Assembly (NCBI GenBank): GCA_903855135.1
Contig: CAINYB010000001.1
Location: 2,740 to 66,739 of the forward strand
Length of the DNA stretch: 64,000 nucleotides
Direction of reading: 5' to 3'
Source of the DNA: an uncultured bacterium
Lineage (GTDB): Bacteria > Patescibacteriota > Patescibacteriia > UBA1558 > GWA2-36-10
In this document: positions 10,440 through 19,876 of the stretch, one piece after another
Numbering within the stretch: the stretch's first letter is position 1
How the letters are laid out: each line of letters starts with the position of its first letter
Notes under the pieces: generated by a model
Databases searched by the model: none
What the model saw: the letters and a program-made list of their open reading frames with translations, nothing else
Told to the model about the DNA's origin: nothing
Translations under genes and position numbers: made by a program

Positions 10440-10724
10440 TTATTTACCTTTAGTTTGAGTTTTTGCCATTTTACCACCATGACCCAAAAATTTACGGGTA
10501 GGAGCAAACTCGCCTAATTTGTGGCCGACCATGTTTTCCACTACATAAACATTAAGATGTTCTTTACCATTGTGGACACCAAAAGTAAAACCAACCATTT
10601 CTGGACTGATAGTAGAAGATCTGGACCAAGTTTTAATGATCTTACCAGCATCAGGACGTAAATTGGAAACTTTCTTTAATAATTTGGCGTCAGTAAATAG
10701 ACCTTTTTTTAAACTTCTTGACAT
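10440..10724 (-). CDS. rpsS: 30S ribosomal protein S19
   Basis: Homology by inspection. Confidence 0.9.
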   Translation of the reverse strand: MSRSLKKGLFTDAKLLKKVSNLRPDAGKIIKTWSRSSTISPEMVGFTFGVHNGKEHLNVYVVENMVGHKLGEFAPTRKFLGHGGKMAKTQTKGK

Positions 10725-10730
10725 AAGCGT

Positions 10731-11579
10731 TTAATTAGTTGTTTGTCGGCTCTTGCGACGTTTGACAATAAATTTATTAGAAACGTTTTTAGCTTTTCTA
10801 GTTTTAATACCGTAAGCTTTTTTACCAGTGTAAGTTTTAGGAGATTTCAAACCAATTGGGTTGTGACCTTCACCACCACCATGAGGATGATCCACTGGAT
10901 TCATAACTTTACCACGGACAGTTGGACGGATGCCTAAGTGTCTCATGCGGCCAGCTTTACCCCAACGGACGTTTCTAAACTCAGTATTACTCATAGTGCC
11001 AATAGTAGCTGAACATTCTTCGGAAACAATACGAATTTCACCACTAGGTAATTTTAATTGAGCCTGACCATTATCGATAGAAGATAAAATCACACTATTA
11101 CCAGCTGAGCGAGCTAATTGTCCGCCTTTACTGGCAATCATTTCCACATTACAGATAGTAGTACCAGTAGGAATATTTTTTAAAGTAGAACGATTACCAG
11201 GAGTGATAGCTACTTTATTTTTTGAACTCATAATTTTATCACCAACTTTTAAATGTTCTGGTGCTAAAATATAGCGACGTTCACCATCAGCATAAACTAA
11301 CAAAGCAATGCTAGCATTACGATTTGGGTCAAATTCTAAAGTCTCTACACGAGCTGGAATGTCAAATTTATCCATTTTAAAATCTACGATACGTAAATAT
11401 CTTTTGACTCCGCCACCTTGATGTCTGACAGTAATACGACCCTGGTTGTTACGACCAGCGTTCTTTTTTTTGATCACTCTTAAAGACTTAAGCGGCCTAA
11501 CCTGATTTAAATCTTTGTTGATCAAAATACTGGTCTTACGTCTTGAGGCTGTAGTTGGTTTGTATAATTTAATTGCCAT
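10731..11579 (-). CDS. rplB: 50S ribosomal protein L2
   Basis: Homology by inspection. Confidence 0.9.
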   Translation of the reverse strand: MAIKLYKPTTASRRKTSILINKDLNQVRPLKSLRVIKKKNAGRNNQGRITVRHQGGGVKRYLRIVDFKMDKFDIPARVETLEFDPNRNASIALLVYADGERRYILAPEHLKVGDKIMSSKNKVAITPGNRSTLKNIPTGTTICNVEMIASKGGQLARSAGNSVILSSIDNGQAQLKLPSGEIRIVSEECSATIGTMSNTEFRNVRWGKAGRMRHLGIRPTVRGKVMNPVDHPHGGGEGHNPIGLKSPKTYTGKKAYGIKTRKAKNVSNKFIVKRRKSRQTTN

Positions 11580-11589
11580 ATCTTACAAA

Positions 11590-11997
11590 TTAAATGCCTT
11601 CATAAATAGTAATACTATCGCCTTTTTTCAAAGTGACAATAGCTTTTTTGGTATTTTTTCTTTTACCAAACTTACGTCCAACGCGGACATTTTTACCTAA
11701 CTCATTAATCACATTCACTGATGCTGGCATCACGCCATAAACAGCTTTGATAGCTTTTTTGATTTCTACTTTGTTAGCCTTATTGTTTACTGCAAAAACA
11801 TATTGATTTAAGCTATTGGCCATGGTAGCTTTTTCAGAAATAACTGGGCGTAACAAAATACTAGCAGTTTTTGGTGTGAAACTTTTTTCTTTATTCACCA
11901 CTTGCTTGTCAGTAGTTTTTACTACTGCTTGAGCTGGTGTTTCTTCTGTGTCTTTTTTCTTAAAAATACCCATAGCTTTATGAATAATGTTTTTCAA
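11590..11997 (-). CDS. rplW: 50S ribosomal protein L23 with N-terminal extension of about 45 aa (start uncertain)
   Basis: The conserved LLRPVISEKA core sits at residue ~48. The ORF start overlaps the rplD end by 20 nt. Confidence 0.8.
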   Translation of the reverse strand: MKNIIHKAMGIFKKKDTEETPAQAVVKTTDKQVVNKEKSFTPKTASILLRPVISEKATMANSLNQYVFAVNNKANKVEIKKAIKAVYGVMPASVNVINELGKNVRVGRKFGKRKNTKKAIVTLKKGDSITIYEGI

Positions 11998-12613
11998 TCT
12001 TGCTTAACAAATCTTGATTTACCAAAATATACTTATATTTTAATAAATCTACTATATTTAAACTACCAAAATAAATAGCTTTGACTTTTGGAATATTCTT
12101 GCTAGCTTTGACGATATTGTCTTCAGCTTTGGCTGTGACAATCAAAGTTGATTGCTTATTATTTGGTAAATTTTTCAAAGCATTAGCTAAAGTTTTAGTT
12201 TTAGCATCAGCTAAATTATAGCCATCGACTAAGACTAATCTGGATTCAGCTATTTTATCACTGAAAGCCATGGCTAAGGCTTGTTTTTTGACTTTTTTGT
12301 TAACTTTTTGAGCAAAGTTTCTTTCAGAACTTGGACCAAAAGTCACACCACCACCGATCCACAATGGGGAGCGGATAGAGCCATGACGAGCACGTCCAGT
12401 ACCTTTTTGTTTCCAAGGTTTGCGACCACCACCACGTACCTCTGCTCTACCTTTGGTATGAGCAATCGCTTCGCGAGAGTTAGCGTTTTGAGCGATGACA
12501 ACTTGTTGGACTACTATTGGATTGACTTTGACACCAAAAAAGGCAGCATTCAAATCTTGATTACCTAATTCTTTGCCTTCAAAGTTATACAATTTTACTT
12601 TAAGATCTGCCAT
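11978..12613 (-). CDS. rplD: 50S ribosomal protein L4
   Basis: Homology by inspection. Confidence 0.9.
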   Translation of the reverse strand: MADLKVKLYNFEGKELGNQDLNAAFFGVKVNPIVVQQVVIAQNANSREAIAHTKGRAEVRGGGRKPWKQKGTGRARHGSIRSPLWIGGGVTFGPSSERNFAQKVNKKVKKQALAMAFSDKIAESRLVLVDGYNLADAKTKTLANALKNLPNNKQSTLIVTAKAEDNIVKASKNIPKVKAIYFGSLNIVDLLKYKYILVNQDLLSKIEKHYS

Positions 12614-12617
12614 ATAT

Positions 12618-13379
12618 TTATTTTACTTCAGCTGAAGTTTCAGCTTCAGTATTTACTTCTTCTTTTACTTCTGTTTCTACTTCGGCCTTTTCCTCTACTA
12701 CCTCAGGAGTAGCAGCAACTTCTTCAACTTTTTCTTCTACAACTGGAGAGGTCTCTGTCACAAAATTAATTTCGCCATCAGTAACAATTTTCACTAAAGT
12801 GTTTCTTGCGCCTGGAACAGCACCTTTGATAAATAACAAATTATTTTTTGGATCAATTTCTATTAATTCCAAATTTTTTACTGTCACAGTATCCACACCC
12901 ATATGGCCAGCCATACGAGTACCTTTAAATACTCTAGCTGGATCAGTCGCACCGATAGAGCCAGGCATTCTTAACTGGTCTTTGTGACCATGTGAAGCAG
13001 GGCTACCTGCAAAACCATGACGTCTAACGACACCTTGAAAACCTTTACCTTTGGAGGTAGCAGTGACTGTCAAATGATCGCCGGCTTGAAAAGAAGTGAC
13101 ATCAAAAACTTTACCACGAGCAAAATCTTCAGTCTTAGCGACTCTAAATTCTCGTAAAACACGAAAATTTGACAGACCTTTTAAGTGTCCTGCCATTGGT
13201 TTATTTGCTTTTTTCTTTTGTTCAAAACCGATCTGAACTGCACTATAGCCATCTTTGTCACCTTTGACTTGGACGACTGTACATGGACCAGCTTTGACCA
13301 CTGTGACTGGGATTACACGACCGTCTGCTAAAAACTTTTGGGTCATTTCCAGTTTTTTTCCTAAAATAAACTTGGCCAT
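12618..13379 (-). CDS. rplC: 50S ribosomal protein L3 with acidic E/V-rich C-terminal tail
   Basis: Homology by inspection. Confidence 0.9.
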   Translation of the reverse strand: MAKFILGKKLEMTQKFLADGRVIPVTVVKAGPCTVVQVKGDKDGYSAVQIGFEQKKKANKPMAGHLKGLSNFRVLREFRVAKTEDFARGKVFDVTSFQAGDHLTVTATSKGKGFQGVVRRHGFAGSPASHGHKDQLRMPGSIGATDPARVFKGTRMAGHMGVDTVTVKNLELIEIDPKNNLLFIKGAVPGARNTLVKIVTDGEINFVTETSPVVEEKVEEVAATPEVVEEKAEVETEVKEEVNTEAETSAEVK

Positions 13380-13402
13380 TTCTTTGAATTTATTTATTAA
13401 AT

Positions 13403-13452
13403 AAAAATCGTGATTTTATACTTTAAACATTTTAAAGGATAAAATCACGATT
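13403..13452 (-). terminator. long near-perfect hairpin followed by a T-run (minus-strand sense), between rpsJ and rplC
   Basis: The element aaaaatcgtgattttat...ataaaatcacgatt gives a ~20-bp stem. It sits in an atypical 250-nt rpsJ-rplC spacer. Confidence 0.5.
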
Positions 13453-13630
13453 CTAGCAACAAAACTTATTTTTTCACCTAAAATTAAATAGGTGATAAAT
13501 TTTTCTTTTGTAGTTTAGATTTTTACTTGGTGATTTAACCTTTAATTAAATTTTATTCTTTGCCACACTTCCAAATAATTTGGGTTATGTCAAAAGGAAC
13601 TAAATTTATTATTTTATTTGTCAAAAACAA

Positions 13631-13954
13631 TTACATTTTAATTTCAATATCCACACCAGCTGGAAGATTCAAGTTTTGTAAAGTATCAATGGTTTGCGGA
13701 GTTGAATTGATGATATCTAACATTCTTTTGTGAATTCTCATTTCATATTGATCACGAGAATTTTTGTGCACAAAAGTAGAACGCAATACAGTAAACTTTT
13801 TCTTTTCTGTAGGCAAAGGAATAGGTCCCAAAATCTTAGCACCACTACGTTCAACCGCCTCAATGATGGTCTTGGTAGCTTGGTCAATGATCTTGTGATC
13901 ATAGGCGCGAATCTTGATGCGAATTCTTGACTGGATTTCTTCTTTAGCTTGCAT
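13631..13954 (-). CDS. rpsJ: 30S ribosomal protein S10
   Basis: Homology by inspection. Confidence 0.9.
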   Translation of the reverse strand: MQAKEEIQSRIRIKIRAYDHKIIDQATKTIIEAVERSGAKILGPIPLPTEKKKFTVLRSTFVHKNSRDQYEMRIHKRMLDIINSTPQTIDTLQNLNLPAGVDIEIKM

Positions 13955-14008
13955 GGAAAATGAATTTAAATTAATAATTGTTAAATTGCTTATTTTTATA
14001 TTCTTTTC

Positions 14009-14040
14009 CCCTGCCAGGCCCCCGAAGGGGCATGGCAGAG
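14009..14040 (-). other. GC-rich hairpin downstream of tuf (ctgccaggcccccgaaggggcatggcag); no clear U-tract
   Basis: Palindrome seen directly in the sequence. Confidence 0.5.
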
Positions 14041-14052
14041 AAAGGAAAATAT

Positions 14053-15240
14053 TTATTTAATGATTTTGGTCACTACACCAGCACCGACTGTACGTCCACC
14101 TTCGCGGATAGCAAATCTAGATTTTTCTTCTAGAGCGACTGGGTTGATTAATTTGATGTTCAAATTAATAGTGTCTCCTGGCATAACCATTTCTGTACCT
14201 TCTGGTAAAATAACTTCACCAGTTACGTCAGTTGTACGGATATAGAATTGTGGTTTATAGCCTTTGAAAAATGGAGTATGACGACCACCTTCATCTTTAC
14301 TTAAAATATAAGTTTCAGCTGTAAACTCAGTATGAGGAGTAATAGTGCCTGGCTTGGCTAATACCTGACCACGCTCTACATCTTCCTTTTTGGTACCACG
14401 TAATAACAAACCAGCATTGTCGCCAGCGCGACCTTCTTCTAATTGTTTGTTAAACATTTCAATACCAGTTACTACAGTTTTAGCAGTTGGTCTCAAACCA
14501 ACTAATTCAACTTCTTCGTTGATCTTGATCACACCTCTTTCGATACGACCAGTAACTACAGTACCACGGCCTTCAATTGAGAAAATGTCTTCAATTGGCA
14601 TCAAGAAAGTATGTTCAGTATCACGTTTTGGATCTGGAATATAATCATCCAAAGCTTTGACTAAATCCATGATTGGTTGACCAGCGTCACCAGTTGGGTC
14701 GTTCAAAGCTTTTAAGGCTGAGCCACGAATTATAGGGGTAGCATCGCCAGGGAATTCATATTTCTTTAATAAATCACGAATTTCTTCTTCTACTAAATCG
14801 ATTAATTCTGGATCATCTACTTGATCAACTTTGTTCAAGAAAACAATAATATAAGGCACACCAACTTGACGAGCAAGCAAGATGTGTTCACGAGTTTGAG
14901 GCATAGGACCATCAGTGGCAGAAACCACTAAAACAGCACCATCCATCTGAGCAGCACCAGTAATCATGTTTTTGACATAGTCAGCATGACCTGGACAGTC
15001 AACGTGAGCATAGTGACGAGCATCACTTTCATATTCAACGTGAGCAGTTGCGATAGTAATACCACGCTCTTTTTCTTCTGGAGCGTTGTCAATTTGGTCA
15101 ACATCTTTGTGTTGAGCAACACCACCTCTAGCTGATAAAACTTTTAAGATAGCGGCGGTTAAGGTAGTTTTACCATGATCAACGTGACCAATGGTACCAA
15201 CATTGACATGGACTTTTTCTCTTTTAAAAACTTCTGCCAT
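14053..15240 (-). CDS. tuf: elongation factor Tu
   Basis: [14 protein letters not shown] and NKVD motifs. Confidence 0.95.
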   Translation of the reverse strand: MAEVFKREKVHVNVGTIGHVDHGKTTLTAAILKVLSARGGVAQHKDVDQIDNAPEEKERGITIATAHVEYESDARHYAHVDCPGHADYVKNMITGAAQMDGAVLVVSATDGPMPQTREHILLARQVGVPYIIVFLNKVDQVDDPELIDLVEEEIRDLLKKYEFPGDATPIIRGSALKALNDPTGDAGQPIMDLVKALDDYIPDPKRDTEHTFLMPIEDIFSIEGRGTVVTGRIERGVIKINEEVELVGLRPTAKTVVTGIEMFNKQLEEGRAGDNAGLLLRGTKKEDVERGQVLAKPGTITPHTEFTAETYILSKDEGGRHTPFFKGYKPQFYIRTTDVTGEVILPEGTEMVMPGDTINLNIKLINPVALEEKSRFAIREGGRTVGAGVVTKIIK

Positions 15241-15353
15241 TTTCTTTTATTCTCCTTACGATAGCAATCCCTTCAAATATTCAGGATTTTTATGATCCAG
15301 CTATCTTGAATTTAATTATTTATTAATTATTTTAATTATTTAAAACACAAAGA

Positions 15354-15382
15354 TTATAGCACGGTCTTTTGATTTTGGCAAG
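15354..15382 (-). promoter_or_regulatory. sigma70-type tuf promoter: -35 TTGCCA, 17-nt spacer, extended -10 TGcTATAAT; about 110-nt leader with AAGGAGA Shine-Dalgarno
   Basis: Reverse complement of attatagcacggtcttttgattttggcaa. Confidence 0.5.
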
Positions 15383-15438
15383 AGCCTAAAAACCCCAGGC
15401 TAAATGTGCCTATTTTGTGCTAATATTAGCCAAAAAGA

Positions 15439-15819
15439 TTAATTATCCCCCACTGGTTCTAAATAGTACTTTTCTTCCTCTGAACTCAAGCCTGGCTCTG
15501 AATTTTCAGCACTTTCCGGTTTTTTCTCTAAATCTAAGCTTTTCACCTGGCCACTAGCGACTGTTTGCTCGTCGATTTTGAACTGATCAAGATTATAATC
15601 ATTGCTGGCCTGGACAGATTTCCAGATGGCAATATCCCGATTTATCTTACTCAAAAGCTCATCTTCGCTCAAATCATGAACAGCGACATTGTTCGTCAAG
15701 AGTCTTTCATAGTCTTTTAGGCTCATAACGACATAAGGATCATGATTTTCGGAAACCACAATCATTTTGTCCCCTGTTTTGGTCACCAAAGCTAAAACTT
15801 GGTCTAATTTTTTATACAT
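15439..15819 (-). CDS. Phd/YefM-antitoxin-like N-terminal domain protein with acidic C-terminal tail; no adjacent toxin
   Basis: GDKMIVVSENHDPYVVMSLKDYERLL resembles the Phd/YefM beta-strand motif. Confidence 0.45.
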   Translation of the reverse strand: MYKKLDQVLALVTKTGDKMIVVSENHDPYVVMSLKDYERLLTNNVAVHDLSEDELLSKINRDIAIWKSVQASNDYNLDQFKIDEQTVASGQVKSLDLEKKPESAENSEPGLSSEEEKYYLEPVGDN

Positions 15820-15880
15820 AAAATTTAGCTTAAATTTACACCAAGCTTATAAAAAATATGGGAGTTTGTCAAATATTTAC

Positions 15881-15982
15881 AACCCCTTCTGTCCTTGCGG
15901 ACATCTTCCCCTTCGTAAGGGGAAGAATTGTCACAAAAGCTTCAATTCTCCTCCCCTTACGAAGGGGAGGCTGGGAGGGGTT
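15881..15982. repeat. three-way-junction palindromic element, subfamily B (aacccc...ctccccttcgtaaggggaag...ctccccttacgaaggggag...gggaggggtt)
   Basis: Seen directly. Related copies lie at 18983-19027 (half copy), 19403-19494 and 31769-31875. Confidence 0.7.
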
Positions 15983-16034
15983 ATGATAAATTTCCATAAA
16001 ATACCCCCGCGAAGCGAGGATATTTGTAAGCTAA

Positions 16035-17165
16035 TTATTTATTTAAAATAAACTCTAGATAAACTTTAGTACCTTTATTTTCTTGACTTTCTAGCCAAAC
16101 TTTGGCTCCTGGATGCTTGTCTATCACCTCTTTGACGATAAATAAACCCAAGCCAGAACCATCAGTATAAGCATTTTTAGCATTCTTGGCTCGCGCAAAT
16201 TTATTAAAAACTTTAGCTTGATCAGCTTTTGGGATGCCGATACCAGTGTCTTGGATAGTCAGTAAAACTTTATCAACATTTTTAGCCAGGGTCACCGTCA
16301 CTGCACCTTGGATAGTATATTTAATCGCATTGTCTAAAATATGATCAATGGTTTCGCCTAAATATTTCAAACTACCCCGAATCAACATTGATTCATTTGG
16401 TTTTTGCCAAACAAGCTGTAATTTTTTTGCTTGTGCATCAAAAATATGCTCAGAAATAATCTTGTTTACTAAATCTGTTAAATCAATTTGATCATCAGTG
16501 GTAATATTCATTTCGCTACCAGTTTCCATCTCTGAGGCCATCAAAATATCATTGATAATTTCTTCTAGCTTAATGCTTTTTTGATACATGCCGTCAATAA
16601 ATTTACTACGTTCAACTGGCTTCATCTTATCCATGTCACCATCACGCATCATCGCTAATGTTCCTCTGATCACCGAGGTCGGTGTTCTTAGCTGATGAGA
16701 AGCAATGTCTAAAAAATCAGAACGCATTTCTACTAATTTTAGCATGCGTTCAGCCTTGGCTTTAATTTCCTTAGTTTGCTCAGCCACCTTATCCTCTAAT
16801 TTAGAAGATAAAGTTTTTAATTCCTCTTTAGCTTTTTTTTCAAAAAAATTAGACTTAATAATTTTTTCTGTACTTTTATTAAAAAAATACCCGTAAATAA
16901 TAACAATCGCAAAAACTATGATGATGGGTGCAAAAGATAATTTTTTATCTAAGATATAAAAGAGAGCTAAGGCAAAACAAATAAGCAACGCACTAATCAC
17001 TTGATATTGCAAAAATAAACAATGACGAAATCTTAATTCGCAATATTGACAACGTGTATAGGGCAAAGAATTTAAATTTTTTACTAACCAACAATTTTTA
17101 TTTAAATATGTTTCTCCGCCAATAGCTTTCACTTGCTTATTATTTGTTATTTGTTGTTTAGACAT
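16035..17165 (-). CDS. sensor histidine kinase (HisKA + HATPase_c) with Cys-rich N-terminal segment and two TM helices
   Basis: H-box ASHQLRTPT plus N, G1 and G2 boxes. The N-terminus carries C-x14-C-x2-C...H-C. Confidence 0.8.
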   Translation of the reverse strand: MSKQQITNNKQVKAIGGETYLNKNCWLVKNLNSLPYTRCQYCELRFRHCLFLQYQVISALLICFALALFYILDKKLSFAPIIIVFAIVIIYGYFFNKSTEKIIKSNFFEKKAKEELKTLSSKLEDKVAEQTKEIKAKAERMLKLVEMRSDFLDIASHQLRTPTSVIRGTLAMMRDGDMDKMKPVERSKFIDGMYQKSIKLEEIINDILMASEMETGSEMNITTDDQIDLTDLVNKIISEHIFDAQAKKLQLVWQKPNESMLIRGSLKYLGETIDHILDNAIKYTIQGAVTVTLAKNVDKVLLTIQDTGIGIPKADQAKVFNKFARAKNAKNAYTDGSGLGLFIVKEVIDKHPGAKVWLESQENKGTKVYLEFILNK

Positions 17166-17583
17166 TTGTTTGTTTACTAAAAAGCCTCTTGAAAGTTACA
17201 TACATCAAAGTAGCCACACAAAAACCAACTAAACAAGCCAAAAAAATCATCATATCAACGACTAAAATATAAATCCAAGCAAAATTAGTCATCTGAGTAT
17301 ACTGCAAAAGTAAAAAACCAATCAACAATAAAAATCCAGTTGCCCCAGAAACAAAATTTAATTCGCCAGAATCTTTTTGAATTGGTGTATAATTTTTTTT
17401 AGTTAGCATAGCATGAATCTGATAAGGTAGATTGAGCTTTACAGAAAAAGCTCCTAAAATAGTAGCAATCGCCACAAATAACACTAGCCATTTGTTGTGT
17501 AAAAAAAAGGCAGCTAAAACTAAAATTGCATAAAGAGCGCGAGAAAACTTAAGTGAACGATCATAGATTGAACAAACTTGCAT
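17158..17583 (-). CDS. small integral membrane protein (4 TM), unknown function
   Basis: Hydrophobic helices. It shares an 8-nt overlap with the kinase start. Confidence 0.5.
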   Translation of the reverse strand: MQVCSIYDRSLKFSRALYAILVLAAFFLHNKWLVLFVAIATILGAFSVKLNLPYQIHAMLTKKNYTPIQKDSGELNFVSGATGFLLLIGFLLLQYTQMTNFAWIYILVVDMMIFLACLVGFCVATLMYVTFKRLFSKQTNV

Positions 17584-17589
17584 AAATTT

Positions 17590-18939
17590 TTATTTATTAG
17601 TTAAAATTTTTTTTACTGCCAAACAAGCTTTTTTAACATCATTTAAATCATTATAAATATAAAAACTTAAACGACAACTAGCTGGCGGATTTAATTTATA
17701 ATAATGATGAGCTAAAGTTGCACAATGACAACCAGCGCGAGATTCTATTCCCATTTTATTTAAATTTTCAGCAATTTTAAAAGGACTAAATTGAGGATGA
17801 TTAAAAGCTACTAGCGATGTTCTCTTACTCGGGTTTTTTGGCCCATAAATATTCAGACCTTCTATACTTTGTAAAATATTTAAAGCTTCTGTCATCAAAT
17901 CTTTTTCATGCTCGGAAATATTAGCCATAGCTTTTTTTACATCCGCTAAAGCTAATTTTTTATCTGACATAAAATAAACATTTTTGCCCGGCCACAAAGC
18001 AAAATCTATCAACAACCTAATACTTTGAGCGGATAAAATAGTGCCCAAAATATTTGGCGTACCAGCCGTAAATTTCCATGGTAAAACATTGTAGCCAACT
18101 TTAGTTGGTGTCACTTGTCCGTCAGCAATCATATCACCACCGTAAAGAAAAGGTTTCATACCTAAAAGTAATTTTTCCTTAGCATACAAAGCTCCTACAC
18201 CAAAAGGAGCTAACATTTTATGAAATGACCAAACAAAAAAATCGATATCAAGAGCTTTGACGTCGATAAAAATATTTGGCGCTGTTTGCGCCCCATCGAT
18301 TAAAAGATATGACCTTTTTTCACCACTTGGCTGTTTATAGCCACTTAAGTCTGCGATTTCTTTAATTTTTTTGATAGGATTTTTAGTGCCTAAAAAATTA
18401 GACGCTCCCGTACAACAAACTAATTTTGTCCTATTATCTACCAATGACTTAAGGTGCTCTAGATCAAGCTCGCCAGTGTTTTTGTCAAATTTAGCTAAAC
18501 GACATTCTACTTTGATACCAAATTTTGGTAAAATTTCTTTACATAGACCATACCAAGGAACATAATTTGAATTATGCTCCATAAACGTCGTCACTACATT
18601 GTCACCAGTTTTGAATTCCGTGAGCAAAGAATACATGACCGCATTGATAGCTTCTGTGGTATTGCGATACAAGATAATATTCTTTACTGAAGGCGCGTTG
18701 ATAAATTGAGCAATTGTTTCATAAGCTGCTTCAAATTCTTTAGTGGTAGCCATAGAAGCATCTGATTGACCACGATGGACATTATCATACTTGACGCTTA
18801 ACTTTTTTAAAAGATCTAAAAGCTGTACTGGAATTTGAGTGCTAGCAGCATTATTAGAAACAATCCTACCAGCCTTGATAGCTGGAAAAAACTTCCGAAT
18901 TTTATTTGTATTTAGCATAAAATATAAAAACAATAACAT
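17590..18939 (-). CDS. class V aminotransferase-fold PLP enzyme, SufS/cysteine desulfurase-like
   Basis: HRGQS..., the SFHK PLP-lysine motif, and GCHCAT near the C-terminus. Confidence 0.7.
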   Translation of the reverse strand: MLLFLYFMLNTNKIRKFFPAIKAGRIVSNNAASTQIPVQLLDLLKKLSVKYDNVHRGQSDASMATTKEFEAAYETIAQFINAPSVKNIILYRNTTEAINAVMYSLLTEFKTGDNVVTTFMEHNSNYVPWYGLCKEILPKFGIKVECRLAKFDKNTGELDLEHLKSLVDNRTKLVCCTGASNFLGTKNPIKKIKEIADLSGYKQPSGEKRSYLLIDGAQTAPNIFIDVKALDIDFFVWSFHKMLAPFGVGALYAKEKLLLGMKPFLYGGDMIADGQVTPTKVGYNVLPWKFTAGTPNILGTILSAQSIRLLIDFALWPGKNVYFMSDKKLALADVKKAMANISEHEKDLMTEALNILQSIEGLNIYGPKNPSKRTSLVAFNHPQFSPFKIAENLNKMGIESRAGCHCATLAHHYYKLNPPASCRLSFYIYNDLNDVKKACLAVKKILTNK

Positions 18940-18973
18940 TATACAATATATTCTGATTTAAGACAAAAACACC

Positions 18974-19381
18974 CTACAAATAACCCCTTCTGTCCTCACG
19001 GACATCTCCCCCTTCGTAAGGGGGAGAAAATAAACTTTCCTTAATTCTCTCTAAAACAATTTCTAAATTATTAATTACTTCAATATTAGTAAAACGTAAA
19101 ACTTTAAGGCCTAAAGCTTCAAGTTTATTTTGACGATAATCATCATATTTAATTTCTTCTTTTTTTAAATGAATACTACCATCAACTTCAATTACTAGCT
19201 TTAATTTTGGACAATAAAAATCGACTACAAATGAGTCGATACTAAATTGACGTTTAAAACGATAGCCTTGTACTTTTTTATTTTTTAATTCTGACCATAA
19301 AAGTAATTCTGCGTTAGTCATTTTGCTTCTTAACTGACGACGCCTAAGTATTAAGCTATTTTTATTAAATAAAAAAGTCAT
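18974..19381 (-). CDS. DUF559 endonuclease-domain protein (Vsr-like restriction-endonuclease fold); C-terminal about 17 codons are read through a repeat element
   Basis: The core FVVDFYCPKLKLVIEVDG...D...K motif is typical of DUF559. Confidence 0.65.
   Translation of the reverse strand: MTFLFNKNSLILRRRQLRSKMTNAELLLWSELKNKKVQGYRFKRQFSIDSFVVDFYCPKLKLVIEVDGSIHLKKEEIKYDDYRQNKLEALGLKVLRFTNIEVINNLEIVLERIKESLFSPPYEGGDVREDRRGYL
18983..19027. repeat. half copy of the subfamily-B palindromic element, overlapping the 3' end of the DUF559 gene
   Basis: aaccccttctgtcctcacggacatctcccccttcgtaagggggag. Confidence 0.6.
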
Positions 19382-19402
19382 TTTTGCTTTTCTTCTTCAC
19401 TT

Positions 19403-19494
19403 AACCCCCTCTTTATCTCCCCCTTCGTAAGGGGGAGAAATATCACAAAAGTTTGAGTGCTCCTCCCCTTACGAAGGGGAGGTTGGGAGGGGTT
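19403..19494. repeat. full copy of the subfamily-B three-way-junction palindromic element, immediately upstream of the DUF559 gene
   Basis: aaccccctct...ctcccccttcgtaagggggag...ctccccttacgaaggggagg...gggaggggtt. Confidence 0.7.
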
Positions 19495-19584
19495 ATTTTT
19501 CTAAAGCTTAAAACTCTAAAAATCTTTTGTCAAACACCACTGTTGACTAACAAACCATAAAAAGTAATATTTATAATATATTAA

Positions 19585-19803
19585 ATGAAATCTAAAAAAA
19601 TAATTAAATGGTTGATTAATTATATGGCGTGGATAATAACAATAGTAATAATATTTGTTCTTTGGATTGAGTTCAAACTTGAAAAATTAAACGATCGTGC
19701 CATAAAAATGGCAGATTTATCTGCGCAAGCATTCAACGAGATAGAAAATCGCCTTATAAACCTTGAATCAAGGGTAAATGAGCTTGAAAACACAAGAAGA
19801 TAA
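19585..19803 (+). CDS. small protein (72 aa): N-terminal TM helix plus coiled coil
   Basis: It is the only plus-strand ORF here and is followed by a bidirectional terminator. Confidence 0.4.
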   Translation: MKSKKIIKWLINYMAWIITIVIIFVLWIEFKLEKLNDRAIKMADLSAQAFNEIENRLINLESRVNELENTRR

Positions 19804-19843
19804 TTTTTAAAAAAACAAAAACCAGTTAAATAATCACCAACAA

Positions 19844-19868
19844 AAACACCCCGTTAGGGGTGTTTTAA
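19844..19868. terminator. bidirectional rho-independent terminator (aaaaacaccccgttaggggtgtttt) serving fusA and the small plus-strand ORF
   Basis: GC hairpin flanked by A-runs and T-runs. Confidence 0.7.
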
Positions 19869-19876
19869 ATATTATT

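Noticed and set aside
15767-16051. 94-aa plus-strand ORF (PFCPCGHLPLRKGKNCHKSFNSPPLTKGRLGG...)
   Set aside because: It is a translation of the GC-rich palindromic repeat element at 15881-15982. It overlaps the kinase gene end and has no start context.
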